This document shows, piece after piece, positions 30,367-39,629 of a stretch of DNA of 64,000 nucleotides. Source of the stretch: an uncultured virus (IMG/VR IMGVR_UViG_3300037516_001099) (Duplodnaviria; Heunggongvirae; Uroviricota; Caudoviricetes); the IMG/VR virus record IMGVR_UViG_3300037516_001099. One strand, 5' to 3'. Position numbers and translations under genes: made by a program. Under the pieces are notes generated by a model. It was not told the origin of the DNA, searched no databases, and saw only the letters and a list, made by a program, of their open reading frames with translations. The first letter of the stretch is position 1. Each line of letters begins with the position of its first letter.

Positions 30367-30395
30367 ATTATACTCTAGTTTGTAAACTATGTACA
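30367..30395 (-). promoter_or_regulatory. Antisense sigma70-type promoter
   Basis: Minus strand reads TGTACA-N17-TATAAT, the same consensus as the + strand early promoters. Confidence 0.6.
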
Positions 30396-30426
30396 CTAGA
30401 AAATTCACATTGATATAAAAAAAGTG

Positions 30427-30454
30427 TTTACATTTTTGAAAAACAATATATAAT
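30427..30454 (+). promoter_or_regulatory. Early promoter for gp55
   Basis: TTTACA-N16-TATAAT, 6 nt before the ATG. Confidence 0.6.
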
Positions 30455-30460
30455 GAAGAT

Positions 30461-31072
30461 ATGAAACCTGAAAAGCAAAAGCGGCGGTCACGTGGTGATG
30501 ACTATGTTAATAATAAAGAGTTTTCTGCAGCAGTCGTCGAATATGTGAGTGCTGTGAATCTCGACAAAGATGAGGGAAGAGAACCTCGACAAATTACCAA
30601 TTATATTGGTGAATGCTTTATGAAGATTACAAACGGGTTGTCTCGTAGTGGTAACTTTGTAAATTATAGTTATCGTGAAGATATGGTTATGGATGCAGTT
30701 GAAAATTGCATCAAGGCTATTATGAATTATGATATTAATAAACCAACCCGGACTGGTACTCCAAATGCGTTTTCGTATTTTACCCAAATCTCATGGTATG
30801 CATTTTTACGACGTATAGCAAAAGAAAAGAAACAGACTGATATCAAACAGTTGCTAATTGAAAGCGGCGGAATTGGAAACTTTGCAGAGTTCGAAGATGG
30901 CTCTGACTATGGAGAGTCGCTTATCGAAAAGATGCGTCAGCGTAACGATGCCTTTTATAAAGAAAGTAATGAGTTGGTTGAATCTGTTGAGGTAATTGAA
31001 AAACCTCGTGCTAAGAAAAAGGCTAAAATACAATCTGAAAAGGTCGGTGCCCTCGATAACTTTATACAATGA
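30461..31072 (+). CDS. gp55: Late-transcription sigma factor
   Basis: YVNNKEF, YIGECFMKI, NFVNYSYREDM, NAFSYFTQI, AFLRRIAKEKKQ. Confidence 0.96.
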   Translation: MKPEKQKRRSRGDDYVNNKEFSAAVVEYVSAVNLDKDEGREPRQITNYIGECFMKITNGLSRSGNFVNYSYREDMVMDAVENCIKAIMNYDINKPTRTGTPNAFSYFTQISWYAFLRRIAKEKKQTDIKQLLIESGGIGNFAEFEDGSDYGESLIEKMRQRNDAFYKESNELVESVEVIEKPRAKKKAKIQSEKVGALDNFIQ

Positions 31073-32133
31073 AAATTGCAATTCTCACTGATACCCACAC
31101 GGGTGTTAAAAATGGTAGTGATGTCTTTATAGACTATACTGAGCGGTTCTATTCGGAAATCTTTTTCCCACATTGCTTAGCAGAAGGCATTACCCAAATA
31201 CTTCATCTTGGTGACTATTTTGATCATCGCAAATATCTTAACTTTAAAGTACTTGCTCGCAACCGTGCAATGTTTCTTGAAAAGCTTGAAGAGTATGGTA
31301 TGACTATGGATATTATTCCTGGTAACCATGATACCTTTTTTAGAAATACAAATTCCCTGTGTAGTCTCACTGAACTGTTACAGTACCATAGCAAACATGT
31401 AAATGTAATTATGTCTCCTACAGTCCGTGATTACGACGGCTTGGCAGTTGCGCTGCTGCCATGGATTACTGTTGAAAATTATGCGGAGTCTTGTGCCTTT
31501 ATCGAAAAGGCAAATGCACCTATAATTGGAGCACATTTGGAACTTGCTGGGTTTGAAATGATGAAGGGTGCTCCAGCAGTTAGTCATGGTATGTCGGCAG
31601 ATTTATTTTCTCGATATGAGATGGTGCTCTCGGGTCATTATCATACAAAAAGTAGTCGTGGTAACATTCATTATCTTGGTGTGCCATACGAGATTACTTG
31701 GGCAGATTGCAATGATCCTAAATATTTTCACGTCTTGGATACATCTAATCGCGAACTCGTTCCAATACGCAATCCTCTTTCGCTCTTTAAAAGACTAACC
31801 TATGATGACTCATCAGGTCCAGTCCCCTATGCAAATGTAACTGATATTACTGGGACATATATAAAGGTAGTAGTAACCTCAAAAAAGGATCCCTATTCGT
31901 TTGACAAATATATTGATGCTATAAATGCAGCTGAGCCATTTGACTTAAAAATCGTTGAGTCATTTGTGGAATATTCAGCCGACTCTATAGATGATGACTG
32001 CATTGAGGTGTCTGATACTCCTTCACTCCTAAACAGTTATGTTGATGCAATCGAAACTGACCTTGATAAAACGCGCATAAAAACTAAACTTCAAGAACTG
32101 TACCTTGAATCCCAATTAATTGACGGAATATGA
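31069..32133 (+). CDS. gp47: Recombination endonuclease subunit (Mre11-like)
   Basis: DTH, GDYFD, GNHD, SGHYH. Confidence 0.95.
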   Translation: MKIAILTDTHTGVKNGSDVFIDYTERFYSEIFFPHCLAEGITQILHLGDYFDHRKYLNFKVLARNRAMFLEKLEEYGMTMDIIPGNHDTFFRNTNSLCSLTELLQYHSKHVNVIMSPTVRDYDGLAVALLPWITVENYAESCAFIEKANAPIIGAHLELAGFEMMKGAPAVSHGMSADLFSRYEMVLSGHYHTKSSRGNIHYLGVPYEITWADCNDPKYFHVLDTSNRELVPIRNPLSLFKRLTYDDSSGPVPYANVTDITGTYIKVVVTSKKDPYSFDKYIDAINAAEPFDLKIVESFVEYSADSIDDDCIEVSDTPSLLNSYVDAIETDLDKTRIKTKLQELYLESQLIDGI

Positions 32134-33851
32134 TTATTTTCACCTCTTTAACCTATTGTAACTTTTTAAGTGTCGGAGACAATGTTATTACAATAAATCT
32201 AAACGATGTACGTTCTACATTAATTGTTGGTCATAACGGCTCTGGAAAGTCACTTATACTAGACGCCCTTTCATTTGTACTCTTTGGCAAGCCTCATCGC
32301 AACATCAACAAGCCACAACTTGTTAATAGTATTAATGGTAAAAACTGCCTCGTAACGGTTGAGTTTAAACTTGGACCATCGCTATATAAGATTGTGCGCG
32401 GCCTAAAGCCAAATATTTTTGAAATTTGGCAAAACGGAATACTTGTTAATCAGGAGTCACATTCGCGTGACTATCAAAAATTGCTCGAGACTAATATCCT
32501 AAAATTGAATCATAAGAGTTTCCACCAGGTTGTCGTGCTTGGTAGTAGTAACTTTATTCCCTTTATGCAACTTAGCACTCATCATCGTCGTGAGGTTATT
32601 GAGGATCTATTAGACATTGGTGTGTTTAGCAAAATGAACTCAGTGCTAAAGGAAAATTCAGCAAAACTTAAGGATGGCATAAAGGACACCGAAAATCAAC
32701 TCTTTACCTTAAAAGAAAAAGTTGATTTGCAGAAAAAACATATTTTGCATTTACAGCAGTTAAATGAAAGCAACGCTGCAAAATATTCTGATGAGATAGA
32801 GAGTCTGCAAAGTGATATTTCTAATATGGAGACGGAAAATTTATCTTTAAGCGCGGAGTATAGCGAGGCGTATGGCAAGACCCAAAGCCAATTGGGACGG
32901 CATGAAAAAACAAAAGCTTCGTTGCTATCTTATGAGAGGCAAATAAAGGACAACATTAAGAAAATTGTTTCTGACTCTCAGTTTTATGAAAATAATACTG
33001 AGTGCCCAACATGCAACCAAAACATAGATTCGGACCTTCGTGAGCATAAGATTGCTGGGTGCAAACATAGTGCTCAAGAATTAATTTCTGGGTATGACAA
33101 GCTTAAGGAGTCATTAACTCAAACCGGAGACTCGATACAAGAGGTGACGTCTGAGTTAAAAAGACTAAACAGCATTCACAATAAGATACACAGCAACCAG
33201 AATCTAGTTAGTGGACTTGAAAAGCGAATCATTGATTTGACTACACTGATGAACACACACTATGAAACATTGGAAGTCTCTGGCGCCCAGTCTTCTCTTG
33301 ACACTCTGCTTAACGAAAGAGAGACCTTTCAAGAATTAAAGTCATCGCAACTTGAAGAGAGAATGTACAATGAGATTCTTGCTGAATTACTAAAAGACAC
33401 TGGAATAAAGACTAAGATTATTCGTCAATATCTGCCAATTATGAATAAACTCATAAATCATTATCTGCAGATTTTAGACTTTTTTGTTTCGTTTACGCTC
33501 GACGAGAATTTTACTGAGATGATACGCTCACGCCATCGCGATGATTTTTCATACAGTTCATTTAGTGAGGGAGAAAAACAACGAATTGATTTAAGCCTAC
33601 TCTTTGCATGGAGACAGGTCGCAAAGATGAAAAACAGCAGCAACACAAACCTGCTTATACTCGACGAGGTATTTGACGCAAGTCTTGACTCTGACGGCAT
33701 TGATAATCTACTTAAGATTATGAATACACTGGATTCTGACACGCGCATATTCGTGATTAGTCATAAGCAGGATTTACTAGAAGGCAAGTTTGAACAAAAA
33801 ATTGAGTTTGAAAAGGTGAAAAACTTCACTCGGATTAAAGAAATGGCTTAA
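32130..33851 (+). CDS. gp46: Recombination ATPase subunit (Rad50-like)
   Basis: GHNGSGKS, CPTC hook, FSEGEK, LDEVFD. Confidence 0.96.
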   Translation: MIIFTSLTYCNFLSVGDNVITINLNDVRSTLIVGHNGSGKSLILDALSFVLFGKPHRNINKPQLVNSINGKNCLVTVEFKLGPSLYKIVRGLKPNIFEIWQNGILVNQESHSRDYQKLLETNILKLNHKSFHQVVVLGSSNFIPFMQLSTHHRREVIEDLLDIGVFSKMNSVLKENSAKLKDGIKDTENQLFTLKEKVDLQKKHILHLQQLNESNAAKYSDEIESLQSDISNMETENLSLSAEYSEAYGKTQSQLGRHEKTKASLLSYERQIKDNIKKIVSDSQFYENNTECPTCNQNIDSDLREHKIAGCKHSAQELISGYDKLKESLTQTGDSIQEVTSELKRLNSIHNKIHSNQNLVSGLEKRIIDLTTLMNTHYETLEVSGAQSSLDTLLNERETFQELKSSQLEERMYNEILAELLKDTGIKTKIIRQYLPIMNKLINHYLQILDFFVSFTLDENFTEMIRSRHRDDFSYSSFSEGEKQRIDLSLLFAWRQVAKMKNSSNTNLLILDEVFDASLDSDGIDNLLKIMNTLDSDTRIFVISHKQDLLEGKFEQKIEFEKVKNFTRIKEMA

Positions 33852-33918
33852 ATTGTCACTCCCGAACCCTTTGGTGGCTTACTTTTCTCACTTTTTTTCA
33901 CAAATCGTCATTTTTTTA

Positions 33919-33947
33919 TTTACATTAGCAGGTTTTCTTGCTATAAT
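33919..33947 (+). promoter_or_regulatory. Early promoter
   Basis: TTTACA-N17-TATAAT with extended TG. Confidence 0.75.
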
Positions 33948-33956
33948 AGATTCATA

Positions 33957-36170
33957 ATGACTGCCACCGTTAATCGTGAATCTCAAACAAAGCTAGCAAA
34001 GTTGCTGGCTAAGGAAAATATTCAAGTAAGCATTGGGAACTATCATACTGCATTCTTCGACGTTAAGAACAGGATTTTGGGTTTGCCGCTGTGGAACACC
34101 GACAACAAGAATGTTTCTGACTTGTTAATTGGTCATGAGGTTGGACATGCTCTATACACTCCGGAAGATGCAATTACTCGATTCAAAGAGGAGTTTCCTA
34201 ATATCCCATTCGATATTGGAAATATTGTTGAGGATGTTCGTATTGAACGTCTGATTCGCAAAAATTATCCAGGTCTCGTTTTCTCCTTTAAGGAAGGGTA
34301 TAAACATTTTATTCAGACAAACCTTTTTGAAATTGCTGATAAGGATGTTTCCACTTTAAGGTTTGTCGATCGTCTTAACCTCCGTGCTAAAGTCGGAAAT
34401 ATTGTAGATATTCCTCTTAACGAAGAGGAGACTGTTATATATGACCGCTGTGTCTCTGCTGAAACTTATGATGAGGTTTTAGAAATTTGTAAAGACATCA
34501 TTGAGATGATTAAGGACGAAAAGAAAGACGACTCACAACAATCTGGCACAGATAGTGAGCAGTCGATGCCCTCTAATGACGAGTCTAACAACGAGGGTGA
34601 TGAAGGCGATACTGAAGACGAGGCTGATGAAGGTAAGTCTACTGATGACGAGTCTAAACCCAAAGAATCGAATTCCTTGAGTGACAATTCTCAACAAAAT
34701 GCAAATGATGAGTCGAATGATGACACCGAAAAGGAAGAGTATCCGGCTCTCAACGAGGAGTTACGCTCAAAAACTTTAAGTGCTGCAGAGGAAAATATTA
34801 AAAATTTGCAAGATGAAACAATCACGTCCCATCTCGCAAATCCTCCCAATATTGAATATATGATGTCGAGAGTTGTTCCAATTAAAGAGATTATGTTGGA
34901 GCGTAGAGTTGACTTGGTTCGATATAACAGAGTCATGACATGTCCTGATGTGATTGCTGATTGGAATGCATTTAAGTCGGCAACTAAATGTCACATTGCG
35001 ACACTAATAAAGGAATTTGAACGCAGGAAAGCAGCTTATCAATATTCCCGCGCTGCCCGGTCAACAACTGGAACGATTGACGTAAACAGATTGCACTCTT
35101 ATAAGTTTGAAGATCAAATATTTAAAAGTGTCACTCGCCTTGCAGACGCTAAAAATCATGGAATGGTTTTCTTTATTGACTATTCTGGTTCAATGTCAGG
35201 AACTATTAGTATGGTAGCCAATCAAACTCTTCAACTTGTAGCCTTCTGTAAAGCAGTTGGAATTCCATTTGAGGTCTATGGATTTACTTCATCTTATTCT
35301 GCATATGGAGAAGTTCATGAAAGTGTGGCGTCAGCTCCAGGTCGTAGCATTAATTTTTCAAATACCAGTGTGTTTGAGTTGCTAAATTCAGCAATGAAAA
35401 AAACTGATTTTGAACTTGCTTGCCGAGAACTTAAAGCCCAATTCTCATACCTCCGCACAGACTATTCTTCACCAATGATGGCACTCGGTGGCAAGTATGA
35501 GATTATGAATGGCACCCCACTCAATGAAACTATCATTATTGCCCATGAAATTGTACGGCGATTTAAAGCACGACATAATGTTCAAAAAATGAATACGATT
35601 TTCCTAACTGATGGAGATGGTTGTGGTGTGCAATTTCATACAAACGACACCGCGAAAGAGTTTGAACGCGAACCAGACAATAAATGGAACTGCGGAATTA
35701 CTGTTCCGGTCTTTGGTACAAATATTAAATTTAATCGCAAAGAGCGCGACATTTATGCTGCACTCATTCAAAATTTGAAAACTAGTTGCAATACCACCGT
35801 AATTGGATTCTTTATTGCTAACTATAGATCTGACTATAAGAACAGTTGTATTAATGCATTAATGTACACCAAAAAACAACCCATGGGCTGGAGTGAAGCA
35901 GTTAATGCATTTAGTTCTATGCAAAGGACAGCAAAAAAAGAAAAATGTTTGCCAATCGTGGGTGGATTTAATTATGACATCTATTTTGTATTTGATTCAA
36001 AAAATAACCTAGACATTAACGAGGATGAGGAATTCATGAGTGACGGCTTTGGAAAGAACCTGACCGAAAGTTCCTCTCAGAATAAACTTGCCCGCGATTT
36101 TACCAAATTCAACACTGAAAAGAAGGTTTCTCGCGTGTTTTTGAACAAATTCGCTGAATTTATTGCATAA
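33957..36170 (+). CDS. CobT-like metallopeptidase + VWA domain protein
   Basis: HEVGH and NIVEDVRIE zincin motifs, acidic linker, MIDAS DYSGSMS, GTPL, FLTDG. Confidence 0.85.
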   Translation: MTATVNRESQTKLAKLLAKENIQVSIGNYHTAFFDVKNRILGLPLWNTDNKNVSDLLIGHEVGHALYTPEDAITRFKEEFPNIPFDIGNIVEDVRIERLIRKNYPGLVFSFKEGYKHFIQTNLFEIADKDVSTLRFVDRLNLRAKVGNIVDIPLNEEETVIYDRCVSAETYDEVLEICKDIIEMIKDEKKDDSQQSGTDSEQSMPSNDESNNEGDEGDTEDEADEGKSTDDESKPKESNSLSDNSQQNANDESNDDTEKEEYPALNEELRSKTLSAAEENIKNLQDETITSHLANPPNIEYMMSRVVPIKEIMLERRVDLVRYNRVMTCPDVIADWNAFKSATKCHIATLIKEFERRKAAYQYSRAARSTTGTIDVNRLHSYKFEDQIFKSVTRLADAKNHGMVFFIDYSGSMSGTISMVANQTLQLVAFCKAVGIPFEVYGFTSSYSAYGEVHESVASAPGRSINFSNTSVFELLNSAMKKTDFELACRELKAQFSYLRTDYSSPMMALGGKYEIMNGTPLNETIIIAHEIVRRFKARHNVQKMNTIFLTDGDGCGVQFHTNDTAKEFEREPDNKWNCGITVPVFGTNIKFNRKERDIYAALIQNLKTSCNTTVIGFFIANYRSDYKNSCINALMYTKKQPMGWSEAVNAFSSMQRTAKKEKCLPIVGGFNYDIYFVFDSKNNLDINEDEEFMSDGFGKNLTESSSQNKLARDFTKFNTEKKVSRVFLNKFAEFIA

Positions 36171-36196
36171 AAAGTGAATTTTTTATCACTTTCTTA

Positions 36197-36225
36197 TGTA
36201 CAAACCCCAGAATTTAGTTTATAAT
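36197..36225 (+). promoter_or_regulatory. Early promoter
   Basis: TGTACA-N17-TATAAT-N6-GTAAGC. Confidence 0.75.
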
Positions 36226-36256
36226 AAGCCTGTAAGCAATACCAACCGTAAATAAT

Positions 36257-37417
36257 ATGATTGACCAAATCAAAGCACAAGCTGCCTTAAATGACCTATT
36301 AACCGCTCACACTCCTAAAAGCGTGAGCTCAAAGACAATCTTTGCTGTTGGCCGAGCTCACGGCCTCAAATTTAGAGAGATTAATGATACCTTTATTGTA
36401 AAAGGTATCAAAGTTGGTCGTGGAAAATTTGATGTGTCTCAGCTATCGCCGTCGACCTCTATGCCGCCTCAGCGTCCTGTCTTTACTGAGACTGTGACTG
36501 AGTCTAAACTAAATCTTGCATGCGCAGTTTCGTCGATCTCAAATGATGATGTGTATGTCCCAAATGTCGATCATACGTTTGTAAAGTGGGGCGAATATAA
36601 AAATATTCAACGCATTATTGAGTCAGGAATGTTCTTCCCACTGTATATTTCTGGAATGTCTGGTAATGGTAAAACCATGATGGTAGAACAAGCTTGCGCC
36701 CGACTTAAGCGCGAGTACATTCGAGTACAAATCTCCCCTGAGACTGATGAAGACGACCTTATTGGTGGCTTTCGCCTAATTAACGGCGAAACCGTTTTCC
36801 AAAAAGGTCCTGTAATTAAAGCCATGGAACGTGGCTGTATCTTATTGATCGACGAGTTGGATCGCGGTAGCAATAAGATTATGTGTCTCCAGGGAGTCCT
36901 AGAAGGAAAACCAGTCTTGATCAAAAAGATTGGTCAGGTCATCTCCCCGGCCCAAGGGTTTAATGTGATTGCTACCGCAAACACCAAGGGCCGGGGATCA
37001 GACGATGGGCGGTATAGCGCCGCAAACATTATTGATGAAGCATTTATTGAACGGTTTGTTGCCACGATTGATCAACCATATCCACCATTTAAGGTTGAGC
37101 GCAATATTATTGCCAAGCATATGGAATTACTAAATATTGATGACTCGGAATTTACTGACAAACTTGTTGCTTGGAGCAGTGTTATTCGTAAAACATATGA
37201 CGCTGAGGGAGTTGATGAACTTATTTCGACTCGCCGCCTGTGTCATATTGTTAAGGCCTATAGTATTTTTAGAGATCGTCTAGTTGCAATTAGCATGTGC
37301 GTTGCCAGATTTGAGCAAGAAACACGCGAAGCATTTATCGATCTTTATACCAAAATTGATAGCAACCAAATCAAAGCTGAAATTGACAGCGATCCACAAG
37401 TGGAACAAACTTTATAA
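36257..37417 (+). CDS. cobS: CobS-like MoxR AAA+ ATPase
   Basis: GMSGNGKT, ETDEDDLIGGFRL, LLIDELD, ATANTKGRGSDDGR, ISTRRL. Confidence 0.92.
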   Translation: MIDQIKAQAALNDLLTAHTPKSVSSKTIFAVGRAHGLKFREINDTFIVKGIKVGRGKFDVSQLSPSTSMPPQRPVFTETVTESKLNLACAVSSISNDDVYVPNVDHTFVKWGEYKNIQRIIESGMFFPLYISGMSGNGKTMMVEQACARLKREYIRVQISPETDEDDLIGGFRLINGETVFQKGPVIKAMERGCILLIDELDRGSNKIMCLQGVLEGKPVLIKKIGQVISPAQGFNVIATANTKGRGSDDGRYSAANIIDEAFIERFVATIDQPYPPFKVERNIIAKHMELLNIDDSEFTDKLVAWSSVIRKTYDAEGVDELISTRRLCHIVKAYSIFRDRLVAISMCVARFEQETREAFIDLYTKIDSNQIKAEIDSDPQVEQTL

Positions 37418-37419
37418 AC

Positions 37420-37461
37420 TTTAGCGGTTGGTCTACGCTAAACACTGTAACTATAGACCAA
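37420..37461 (+). promoter_or_regulatory. Predicted H-type RNA pseudoknot in the leader of the wHTH gene
   Basis: Stem 1 TTTAGCG/CGCTAAA, stem 2 TTGGTCTA/TAGACCAA, both perfect. Confidence 0.7.
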
Positions 37462-37489
37462 AACTGAACAAACAAAATAGAAATATAAT

Positions 37490-37747
37490 ATGACTAAAAT
37501 TGAAACAACCAAGTTGGCCCGCCTCGTTAAAAACATGACCCAAAAGGAAGCTCTTTTTGCTTTCCTTGAACAAGGACATGAGTTTTCGGCATCGGAAGCC
37601 CGCAATGCAGGTATTGCTGATCCAAGCCGCGTCATCAGCGCTCTTCGTAATGACCACGGTCTTGCGATTTACTTGAACCCGCGCAAGAATCGCAAGGGCG
37701 AAAGCATTAACCGCTATCGTCTTGGCACCCCACGTAAGAATGGCTAA
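37490..37747 (+). CDS. Small basic winged-HTH-like protein
   Basis: QKEALFAFL...FSASEA...PSRVISALR...YRLGTP pattern. Confidence 0.7.
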   Translation: MTKIETTKLARLVKNMTQKEALFAFLEQGHEFSASEARNAGIADPSRVISALRNDHGLAIYLNPRKNRKGESINRYRLGTPRKNG

Positions 37748-37757
37748 TTCTTAAAAC

Positions 37758-37799
37758 ATGCAGGAGCATAGCAAATGCTATGCTCCTGCATTCTTCCTT
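37758..37799 (+). terminator. Strong hairpin terminator
   Basis: Perfect 15-bp stem ATGCAGGAGCATAGC-AAAT-GCTATGCTCCTGCAT followed by TCTTCCTT. Confidence 0.8.
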
Positions 37800-38102
37800 A
37801 TGATACATGACCAGGAGAAAACAAAAGGCATCAAATATGATGGTGATAAACCAGATTATAGTTTGATTCCTCCGTATGCATTGGAAGAAACGGCAAAGGT
37901 TCTTACATATGGCACTGTTAAATATTCTCGAGATAACTGGAGATTGCTTGACGACGCTAAGAATCGTTACTTTGCCGCAGCTCAGCGACATATGTGGGCC
38001 CTACAAAAAGGCGAAACACATGATCCTGAGAGTGGACTACATCACGCAGCTCACGCAACTTGCTGTATGCTTTTTTATTACGAATTGCAAATACAAAAAT
38101 AA
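37800..38102 (+). CDS. dATP/dGTP diphosphohydrolase-domain protein (DUF5664-like)
   Basis: GIKYDGDKPDYSLIPP, GTVKYSRDNW, RYFAAAQRH, DPESGLHHAAHA. Start placed after the hairpin. Confidence 0.85.
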   Translation: MIHDQEKTKGIKYDGDKPDYSLIPPYALEETAKVLTYGTVKYSRDNWRLLDDAKNRYFAAAQRHMWALQKGETHDPESGLHHAAHATCCMLFYYELQIQK

Positions 38103-38107
38103 ATGTG

Positions 38108-38136
38108 TTTACAAACGCCCTTCTCTGATATATAAT
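38108..38136 (+). promoter_or_regulatory. Early promoter
   Basis: TTTACA-N17-TATAAT. Confidence 0.75.
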
Positions 38137-38147
38137 ATACTTACACT

Positions 38148-38819
38148 ATGACTAAACTATCCTCTCAAACAATTGATATTCTAAAGAACTTTTCGAGTAT
38201 CAATTCTAATCTCGTCGTAAAGACTGGCGAACCTCTCTCTACAATTTCTGAAGCCAAGAATATTATGGCAATTGCGGAAATTACAGAACAATTTTCCACG
38301 GACTTTGGCATCTATGACCTAAATGAATTTATTTCAATGTTCTCGTTGCTACAAGACCCAGACCTCGAATTTACTAATGATAGTGTCCAATTTAAGTCTG
38401 GGCGTACTCGCGCATCATATCGTTTTGCAGATCAAAGTATTCTTACAAGTCCTAAGAATAAGATTAATATGCCGAATGGTGACGTCACTGTAAACATTAC
38501 TTCCGAACTCCTAACCCAGGTCCGCAAGGCTGCTGGTGTGCTCGGACATTCGATTGTTTCCTTGCAAGGCGAAGATGGTGTCATTACTCTTTCTGTTGTT
38601 GACCCTAAAAACTCTTCAGCAAATACATTTTCGGTGGTGCTAGACGAAGATAACTCTCAACGTGGTTCTTTTGACTTGCAATTTTTGATTAATAATCTTA
38701 AAGTGCTTCCAGGAGACTATGTAGTGAATATTTCGTCTAAGCTTATTAGCCACTGGAAAAACGAAATCATTCCAGTTCAATACTATATTGCTCTGGAAAA
38801 AACTTCAACATTTAAATAA
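38148..38819 (+). CDS. gp45: Sliding clamp
   Basis: ILKNFSSIN, FGIYDLNEF, NLKVLPGDY, YYIALE. Confidence 0.95.
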   Translation: MTKLSSQTIDILKNFSSINSNLVVKTGEPLSTISEAKNIMAIAEITEQFSTDFGIYDLNEFISMFSLLQDPDLEFTNDSVQFKSGRTRASYRFADQSILTSPKNKINMPNGDVTVNITSELLTQVRKAAGVLGHSIVSLQGEDGVITLSVVDPKNSSANTFSVVLDEDNSQRGSFDLQFLINNLKVLPGDYVVNISSKLISHWKNEIIPVQYYIALEKTSTFK

Positions 38820-38828
38820 TATACTACT

Positions 38829-39113
38829 ATGGAAGAACAAACAACTGAACAAACAAACGGAAACGAAATTATCCTCGGAGATCTCGTTTTAATGCACAAC
38901 ATTATTGCTACAGTGTCTCGCCGCGGCGGCTTTGAAGCGAGTGAATTTAAACTTGTGGGATCGCTTTTTGAAAAGCTTAAAACGTATATCCCAGCACAAG
39001 AAGATACTGAAAACACTGCAGAAACTACAAATACTGCAAGTGAATTGGATAGCGAAAACCAACTTAAATTCGAGTTTGTCGAAGGAGAAGGTGTTGATAC
39101 CGTAACTGAATAA
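38829..39113 (+). CDS. Hypothetical protein
   Basis: Intact ORF, IIATVSRRGGFEASE. Confidence 0.65.
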   Translation: MEEQTTEQTNGNEIILGDLVLMHNIIATVSRRGGFEASEFKLVGSLFEKLKTYIPAQEDTENTAETTNTASELDSENQLKFEFVEGEGVDTVTE

Positions 39114-39123
39114 TAATAATAAT

Positions 39124-39357
39124 ATGGCAAAAGATAGGCTTGATGGGACTGGTGGCGGCAGCATTTTATATGAACTATTTGCGTTTCCTGGAAGAGCGCT
39201 GCTGTGGTTACAATACATGAATCCTAAGGGTGGAATGGCAGGTGTAGCGTCGTCTAAGAGACGTGCTAACAGTCCCATCATGACCTTTATCTATGCATTG
39301 GGTTTTTGGGTGTGTTCGGTATTTATTGCGTATGCGCTATATTTTGGAGAAAAATAA
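39124..39357 (+). CDS. Hypothetical membrane protein
   Basis: C-terminal hydrophobic helix. Confidence 0.6.
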   Translation: MAKDRLDGTGGGSILYELFAFPGRALLWLQYMNPKGGMAGVASSKRRANSPIMTFIYALGFWVCSVFIAYALYFGEK

Positions 39358-39363
39358 TATATT

Positions 39364-39618
39364 ATGATTGAAATTGAAGACGATAAGACTAAAATGGAGT
39401 TGCTTGGTGCAATTCGCGAAATCTCGGATGAACTATCTAAAATGGATGACAGCCGAGATGCTATCAAAGAAATTATTTCTGCAACTGCAGACGCCTTTGA
39501 TTTGCCAAAACCACTAATTCGCAAGGTTGCTAAATTATACCATAAGAAAACTGCAGCTCAGTTTGAAAATGAAGCTGCAGAAATTAAAAGTGTGTACAAA
39601 CAAATCACTTTGGTATAA
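39364..39618 (+). CDS. Small dsDNA-binding protein (T4 DsbA-like)
   Basis: IKEII...FDLPKPLIRKVAKLYHK pattern. Confidence 0.65.
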   Translation: MIEIEDDKTKMELLGAIREISDELSKMDDSRDAIKEIISATADAFDLPKPLIRKVAKLYHKKTAAQFENEAAEIKSVYKQITLV

Positions 39619-39629
39619 TATAGTCATAT

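Noticed and set aside
33957..37417. Cobalamin biosynthesis function for cobS/cobT-like genes
   Set aside because: No cobN or other cob genes. The phage pair is a generic MoxR/VWA system.
37420..37461. preQ1 or SAM-II riboswitch
   Set aside because: Same topology class, but I cannot see the conserved ligand-binding nucleotides. An Rfam search would settle it.
37405..37490. Pseudoknot-stimulated readthrough or frameshift fusing cobS to the wHTH ORF
   Set aside because: A second in-frame TAA lies at 37439-41 and there is no XXXYYYZ slippery heptamer upstream.
37758..37799. N-terminal extension of the DUF5664 ORF given in the ORF track
   Set aside because: It coincides with the terminator hairpin. 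ATG 37800 is the better start.
39593..39619. TGTACA...TATAAT promoter before gp44
   Set aside because: The spacer is only 15 nt. It may work as an extended -10 but is not supportable as a full consensus promoter.
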